From assembly GCA_965261595.1 (NCBI GenBank), contig CBDHDG010000006.1, positions 512,001 to 576,000 on the forward strand: DNA of 64,000 nucleotides. Reading direction: 5' to 3'. Numbering within the stretch: the stretch's first letter is position 1; every line of letters begins with the position of its first letter. The notes below the pieces were generated by a model. That model ran no database searches. It saw only the letters and a program-made list of their open reading frames with translations, and was not told where the DNA came from. Source of the DNA: a bacterium. GTDB taxonomy: Bacteria > UBA8248 > JACPRG01 > G963555815. The translations under genes and the position numbers were made by a program. Positions 58,877-64,000 of the stretch are shown here, piece after piece.

Positions 58877-59404
58877 TCACAGGGTCTCGACGCGGATTTC
58901 CGTGTTGGTGTAAACACAGATCGCCGCCGCCTCCAGCATGGCCTCCCGGGCGATGGCCTCCGCCCCGAGGTCGGTGTGCTTGCGCAAGGCCCGGGCCGCG
59001 GCCAGGGCATAGGCCCCTCCGGAGCCGATGGCCATGATGCCGTCGTCCGGCTCGATCAGATCGCCGGTCCCGGAGATGAGGAAGGTGTTGTCCCGATCCG
59101 AGACGGCCAGGAGGGCCTCCAGCCGCCGGAGCACGCGGTCGGTCCGCCAGTCTTTGGCCAGCTCGACGGCGGCCCGGGGCAGGTTGCCGTGATACTCGTC
59201 CAGCCGGCCCTCGAATTTTTCGAACAAGGCGAGGGCGTCCGCCGCCGACCCGGCGAACCCCGCGAGGACCTGGTCCTTGTAAAGCCTGCGGATCTTCGAC
59301 GCCTGGTTCTTCATGACCTGCTTCCCCACCGTGACCTGGCCGTCGCCCGCCATGGCGACCTGGTCGTCCCGGCGAATGGAGATAATGGTCGTCGAGCGGA
59401 TCAT
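58877..59404 (-). CDS. hslV: ATP-dependent protease peptidase subunit HslV
   Basis: STTI, AGDGQVT, GFAGS.ADA..L, KDWRTDR.LRRLEA, IGSGG.YA, ICVYTN. Confidence 0.97.
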   Translation of the reverse strand: MIRSTTIISIRRDDQVAMAGDGQVTVGKQVMKNQASKIRRLYKDQVLAGFAGSAADALALFEKFEGRLDEYHGNLPRAAVELAKDWRTDRVLRRLEALLAVSDRDNTFLISGTGDLIEPDDGIMAIGSGGAYALAAARALRKHTDLGAEAIAREAMLEAAAICVYTNTEIRVETL

Positions 59405-60402
59405 GTTTCGCCCTCATCCTCCGGTGCGGGACGCCGCGCCGGAGGCCCGCGTCTTCGGCCCCGGTCCTTCAGCGCCCGCGGGTGGGATTTATCGTACACC
59501 TCGAAAAGCCGGTCCACGGCCACGTGGGTGTATTTCTGCGTCGTCGAGAGGGAACTGTGCCCCAGCATCTCTTGGATGTCCCGCAGGTTCGCGCCCGCCT
59601 CCAGCAGATGGGTCGCCATGGAGTGGCGGAGGGTGTGCGGAGACGCCTTTCCGGGCAGCCCGAGCTCCCGCATGCGCTTCGCCAGCAGGTCGCGGACCCA
59701 CTGGCCGCTGAGCCGGCTACCCCGCCGGTTGACGAAGAGGGGGGCGTCCGCCCCCTCGTCCCGCGCGCCCAGCGACGGCCGGGCCTTCAGGTAATCTTCG
59801 AGGGCGGCCCGGGCCTTGCGCCCGACCGGGACGAGCCGCTCCTTGGACCCCTTCCCGTGGACGCGAAGCATCCCCTCTGCGAGATCCAGGGACCTGAGGT
59901 TCGCGCCGACCAGCTCGCTGACACGCACACCCGTCGAGTATAACATTTCCCACATCGCCTGGTTGCGGAGCGCGAGGGCCGGATTCGATAACGGCCGGGG
60001 CGCCGGGGAATCCATCAGCCGAAAGGTCTCGTCCACCGTGAGCGTGCGGGGGATGCGGGACTCTTTCCGGGGCATCGGGATCCCCGACACGGGGTCCGGC
60101 CCGGAAAACCCCTCCCGGCGCGCCTGGCGGAAACAGCCGCGCAGCGTGCTCAGCTTGCGGGAAACGGTGGACGCCCGGTTTCCGCGCCGGTGAAGATGCG
60201 CCAAGTAGCTCCGGATGTCCAAGCGGTCGATCTCGGCGAGCGCGGGATCGGGACGCGCGTCCGCCCGCAGGAAGATCTCGAAGTCCTTCAAGTCGCGCAG
60301 GTAATTTCTCAAGGTGTGGGGGGAGACGTTCTTTTCCAGGCGAAGATATCGCTCGAAGGAGCGAATCGCGCCGCTCAGTCGAAGGGCAGGCATTTCCGCC
60401 AT
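59401..60402 (-). CDS. xerC: Tyrosine recombinase XerC
   Basis: S.HT...Y..DL, YSTG.RVSEL, GKGSKER.VP, PHTLRHS.ATHLL, QEMLGH.SLSTTQ.YTHV; position in trmFO-xerC-hslVU. Confidence 0.92.
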   Translation of the reverse strand: MAEMPALRLSGAIRSFERYLRLEKNVSPHTLRNYLRDLKDFEIFLRADARPDPALAEIDRLDIRSYLAHLHRRGNRASTVSRKLSTLRGCFRQARREGFSGPDPVSGIPMPRKESRIPRTLTVDETFRLMDSPAPRPLSNPALALRNQAMWEMLYSTGVRVSELVGANLRSLDLAEGMLRVHGKGSKERLVPVGRKARAALEDYLKARPSLGARDEGADAPLFVNRRGSRLSGQWVRDLLAKRMRELGLPGKASPHTLRHSMATHLLEAGANLRDIQEMLGHSSLSTTQKYTHVAVDRLFEVYDKSHPRALKDRGRRRGPPARRPAPEDEGET

Positions 60403-61709
60403 TCATTCAGCTCCTTCAACGCCCGGTCGGCGACCCGCCGCCTGCGGTCCTCTCTGGACCCTTTCTTGGGGACAGGGGGCAGAAGACCGTAATGAATGTT
60501 CACGGGCTGAAAATTCTTTTCGTCCGCTCCGGTGATGTAGGCGACCAGCGCCCCCAGGGCGGTGGCGGCCGGGGGGGGAGGGAGGGGCGATGGATCGGGA
60601 AGGCGATCGGCCCGGACCCGGGCCACGGCGTTCAGACCGGCCAACAGGCCCATGGCGGCCGACTCGAGGTATCCCTCGACGCCCGTGATCTGCCCGGCGA
60701 TGAACAACCGGGGCGCATCGCGCATCTGAAGACTCGGGAGCAGGAGCGCCGGGGCGTTCAGGAACGTGTTGCGATGGATGCTCCCGTACCGGAAGAAGAC
60801 GGCTTCCCCCATTCCCGGAAGCGAGCGGAACACCCGCCTCTGCTCGGGATAGGTCATCTTGGTTTGAAACCCGACCAGGTTGTAGGCCGAGCCGGCCGTG
60901 TTTTCGCGCCGGAGCTGCACAACGGCGTGGTAAGCGCCCTCGCGCTTCGGGTCGATCAGGCCGACGGGCCTCATCGGGCCGTACGCCAGGGTCTCCTCGC
61001 CGCGCTCCGCCAGCACCTCGATGGGCAGGCAACCCTCGAAATACTTTTTGGCCTCGAAAGCGTGGAGGGGAACCTTCTCAGCGTCCAGGAGGTTTTGGTG
61101 AAATGCGCGGTACGCCTCTCGGGATAGACCGAGGTTCAGATAGCCGTCGTCCCCGCCCTTTCCGTACCGGGAGGCGAAAAAAGCCACGTCATAATCGATG
61201 GATTCTCCATCCACGATGGGCGAGACGGCGTCGTAGAAGTAGAGGTGTTCGCGGCGGGTGATCCGGCCCAGCGCCTCGGCCAGGTCCGGCGACGTGAGGG
61301 GGCCCGTCGCGAGAATGACGGGGTCTCCGGGCGGAATGGTCCGGACCTCCTCCCGCACGACGGAGATGCGGGGATGCCCATCGATGCGCCGGGTCACTTC
61401 GCGGGCGAATTCCTCCCGGTTGACCGCCAACGCCTGGCCGGCGGGGACCCGCGTCGCGTCGGCCGCCTGAAGGATCAGCGAGTCGAAGGCGCGGAGCTCG
61501 GCCTTCAAGAGACCCGAAGCGGTGGCGAGGGAGTCGGCTTTGAGGGAGTTGCTGCAAACGGGCTCGGCGAGGTCGGGGGTCTTGTGGGCCGGGGTGTTCC
61601 GGACCGGGCGCATCTCGTACAGGGTGACGGCGACTCCCCGCTCCGCCACCTGCCAGGCGGCTTCCACTCCGGCGAAGCCCCCTCCGACAATGGTGACCGA
61701 ATCGGTCAC
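60375..61709 (-). CDS. trmFO: tRNA (uracil-54-C5) methyltransferase TrmFO (Gid)
   Basis: VGGGFAG.EAAW, EMRP...TPAH, VCSNS, ATGPLTS, YFEGCLPIE, VGFQT, HRNTF, AGQITGVEGY.ES. Confidence 0.96.
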   Translation of the reverse strand: MTDSVTIVGGGFAGVEAAWQVAERGVAVTLYEMRPVRNTPAHKTPDLAEPVCSNSLKADSLATASGLLKAELRAFDSLILQAADATRVPAGQALAVNREEFAREVTRRIDGHPRISVVREEVRTIPPGDPVILATGPLTSPDLAEALGRITRREHLYFYDAVSPIVDGESIDYDVAFFASRYGKGGDDGYLNLGLSREAYRAFHQNLLDAEKVPLHAFEAKKYFEGCLPIEVLAERGEETLAYGPMRPVGLIDPKREGAYHAVVQLRRENTAGSAYNLVGFQTKMTYPEQRRVFRSLPGMGEAVFFRYGSIHRNTFLNAPALLLPSLQMRDAPRLFIAGQITGVEGYLESAAMGLLAGLNAVARVRADRLPDPSPLPPPPAATALGALVAYITGADEKNFQPVNIHYGLLPPVPKKGSREDRRRRVADRALKELNEWRKCLPFD

Positions 61710-63985
61710 GTCCCTCCTTCCGGGGCGGTCTCCTCCCCGCCGGCGTGGACCGGGGGAGCGGGCGTCACCCCCACCATCTCCCAATTCTCGGGGAGCGATT
61801 CGGTGTGATCGCACTCCTTATCAGGGCAGCGAAGCTCCCGCCGCTGGACGACCAGATAGGGCGATTCGCAGACCGGACAGGCCATCGGATAGGGGCGGGA
61901 CCAGGTCACGAAGTCGCAGTCCGGATATTTCGCGCAGCCGTAGAAGCTTCGGCCCTTCTTGGAGCGCCGGGAGACGATGTCTCCGCCGCACTTGGGGCAG
62001 GAGACCCCGGTGGGGATGGGCTTGGCGTTCTTGCAGTCGGGATACGCCGAGCAGGACAGAAACGCCCCGAACCTCCCGTTCTTGATGACCATGGGCTTCC
62101 CGCATTTCTCGCACACCTGATCCGTTTCGATGACGGGCGCGGCCTCGCGGTTATTCGTGGACTCGGTGTATTTGCAGTCCGGATAGTTGGAGCACCCGAT
62201 GAACATCCCGTACCGGCTGGGTCTTTTCGCAAGCTCGCCGCCGCAATCGGGGCACTTGCGGCCGATGGGCTCGGGTTCGTTCAGGGTCTTTTCGGCCCGG
62301 TCCAGATCCTTTTCAAAGGGGTCGTAGAAATCCTTCAGGGTTTGGACCCAGTTTTCCTTCCCATCTTCGATGGAATCCAGACGGCTCTCCATTTCGGCGG
62401 TGAATCCCACGTTCATCAGGTTGGAGAAGTTCTTCACCAAAAGGTCCGAGATCATCCGCCCCAGATCGGTCGGATGCATCTGCCTTTTCTCCAGGCGAAC
62501 GTAATCCCGGTCGGTCAATGTGCCGATGATGGAGGCGTACGTGCTCGGCCGTCCGATCCCCTTTTCTTCCAGAACGCGGACCAGGCCGGCCTCGCTGAAC
62601 CGGGGCGGGGGCTGCGTGAAGTGCTGCTTGGGGACAAGCGCTTCGCAGCGCACGCCCTGGTCCTCTTGCAGGGGCGGCAGCGGGCGGTTCTCCTCCTTCG
62701 AGGCTTCGTCGGTTTGCTCCTCGTACACCCGGGTGAAACCGGGAAAAAGGAGAACGGAGCCGGTCGCGCGAAATTGGTAGGTTCCCGCCTGGATGTCCAC
62801 CGCTGTCTGGTCGTAAACCGCGGGATTCATCTGGGAGGCCAAGAACCGGTTCCAGATAAGACGGTAGAGCGCAAGCTGATCTTTGCTTAACCGGCCTTCC
62901 AGCGTAGCGGGGGCCCGCGACGCCGAGGTCGGGCGGACGGCCTCATGGGCGTCCTGCGCGCCCTTCCTCGACGCGTAGACCTGGGCCTTGCCGGGCAGGT
63001 AGTCCGGGCCGAACTCACTCGTGATGAATTCGCGCGCCTCGACCAGCGCCTCCTCGGCGATACGGGTGGAATCGGTCCGCATGTAAGTGATCAGCCCGAC
63101 CGGACCCTCCTCCCCCAGGTCCATCCCCTCATAGAGCTGCTGGGCGATGGCCATGGTCTTCCGGGCGGTGAAACGCAGACGCCGGGAGGCGTCCTGCTGG
63201 AGGGTGGAAGTGATAAACGGGGGAAAGGGCTTGCGGCGGCGCTTTTTTCGATCGACCTTGGCGACCCGATATTCCGCTCCCTCCAGCTCGGCCAGGATCT
63301 CCTGGGACCGGGCCTCGTTCGGGATTTCCGCCTTTTTCCCGTCGATCCGGTGCAGGGCCGCCTCGAACGCCGGGGGGGCGTCGGCCGCCATCCGGGCGGT
63401 GAGGGTCCAGTATTCCACCGGAACGAACTTTTCAATCTCGGCTTCGCGGTCGCAGATGATACGCAGGGCGACCGATTGGACGCGCCCGGCGCTCAGCCCC
63501 CAGTTTCGAAGGCGTCTGCCCAAGAGCGGACTCAGCTTATACCCCACCAGCCGATCCAGGACCCGGCGGGCCTGCTGGGCATCGACCTTGTTCCGGTCAA
63601 TCTCGCCGGGCCGCTCGACCGCCCGGGTCACGGCCTGTTTGGTGATCTCGTTGAAGGTGATCCGGTAGATCTTGGCCTTGGTGACAGACTTGATCTCCTG
63701 CTCGATATGCCAGGCGATGGCCTCCCCTTCCCGGTCGGGGTCCGGCGCCAGGTAGATGGCGTCGCTTTTGGCGGCGGCCGCCTTGAGCTCGGCCAGGACC
63801 TTGGTCTTCCCCTCGATGACTTCGTATTGGGGGGTGAAGCCGTTCTCGACGTCCACGCCCAGTTTTTTGGGCGGGAGATCCCTCAAATGCCCCACCGAGG
63901 CGGCGACGCGGAATCCCTTGTCCAGGAATTTCTTGAGGGTGGCGGCCTTGGCGGGAGACTCGACGATCAGTAGGGGGTCTGCCAT
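61706..63985 (-). CDS. topA: DNA topoisomerase I with C-terminal Zn ribbons
   Basis: IVESPAKA, DPDREGEAI, SAGRVQS, ITYMRTDS, GIGRPSTY, repeated C4 zinc fingers. Confidence 0.97.
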   Translation of the reverse strand: MADPLLIVESPAKAATLKKFLDKGFRVAASVGHLRDLPPKKLGVDVENGFTPQYEVIEGKTKVLAELKAAAAKSDAIYLAPDPDREGEAIAWHIEQEIKSVTKAKIYRITFNEITKQAVTRAVERPGEIDRNKVDAQQARRVLDRLVGYKLSPLLGRRLRNWGLSAGRVQSVALRIICDREAEIEKFVPVEYWTLTARMAADAPPAFEAALHRIDGKKAEIPNEARSQEILAELEGAEYRVAKVDRKKRRRKPFPPFITSTLQQDASRRLRFTARKTMAIAQQLYEGMDLGEEGPVGLITYMRTDSTRIAEEALVEAREFITSEFGPDYLPGKAQVYASRKGAQDAHEAVRPTSASRAPATLEGRLSKDQLALYRLIWNRFLASQMNPAVYDQTAVDIQAGTYQFRATGSVLLFPGFTRVYEEQTDEASKEENRPLPPLQEDQGVRCEALVPKQHFTQPPPRFSEAGLVRVLEEKGIGRPSTYASIIGTLTDRDYVRLEKRQMHPTDLGRMISDLLVKNFSNLMNVGFTAEMESRLDSIEDGKENWVQTLKDFYDPFEKDLDRAEKTLNEPEPIGRKCPDCGGELAKRPSRYGMFIGCSNYPDCKYTESTNNREAAPVIETDQVCEKCGKPMVIKNGRFGAFLSCSAYPDCKNAKPIPTGVSCPKCGGDIVSRRSKKGRSFYGCAKYPDCDFVTWSRPYPMACPVCESPYLVVQRRELRCPDKECDHTESLPENWEMVGVTPAPPVHAGGEETAPEGGT

Positions 63986-64000
63986 GGTCAGTTCAAAAAG

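Overview
High-GC bacterial chromosome segment. Gene order resembles Deltaproteobacteria/Nitrospinota-type diderms; this taxonomy is inference only. It has two very different halves. (1) About 1-23.9 kb is an accessory catabolic region. It holds a partial CocE/NonD hydrolase, a cysteine hydrolase, two xanthine-dehydrogenase-family molybdoenzymes, two paralogous Rieske oxygenases, a C-N hydrolase, a UbiD decarboxylase, a DUF3891 protein, an FAD-dependent oxidoreductase, an atypical M20 hydrolase, a 4,5-dihydroxyphthalate-decarboxylase-like protein, an arylmalonate-decarboxylase-like protein and an M29/NicX-fold protein. At 13.2-17.4 kb it is interrupted by a mobile-element hotspot: an IS3 nested in an IS1380 remnant, a deleted REP-associated tyrosine transposase (RAYT), and five copies of a REP-like motif that bracket cargo genes. 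(2) About 24-64 kb is core genome: hpnD, uppP, manC, PMM/PGM, plsC-like, dciA-like, TPR, LolB-like, ispE, spoVG, tRNA-Gln, prs, rplY, pth, hppA, rpsF-ssb-rpsR-yybS-rplI-dnaB, alr, mlaF-like, tgt-yajC-secD-secF, and on the minus strand topA-trmFO-xerC-hslV-hslU-HAD-argB-argD-argF-argG. The best candidates for undescribed biology are the RAYT/REP-delimited cassette-like array, the putative N-heterocycle/aromatic catabolic pathway with several atypical active sites, and a highly structured element of about 300 nt between argD and argF. All calls come from reading motifs by eye; no database searches were run.
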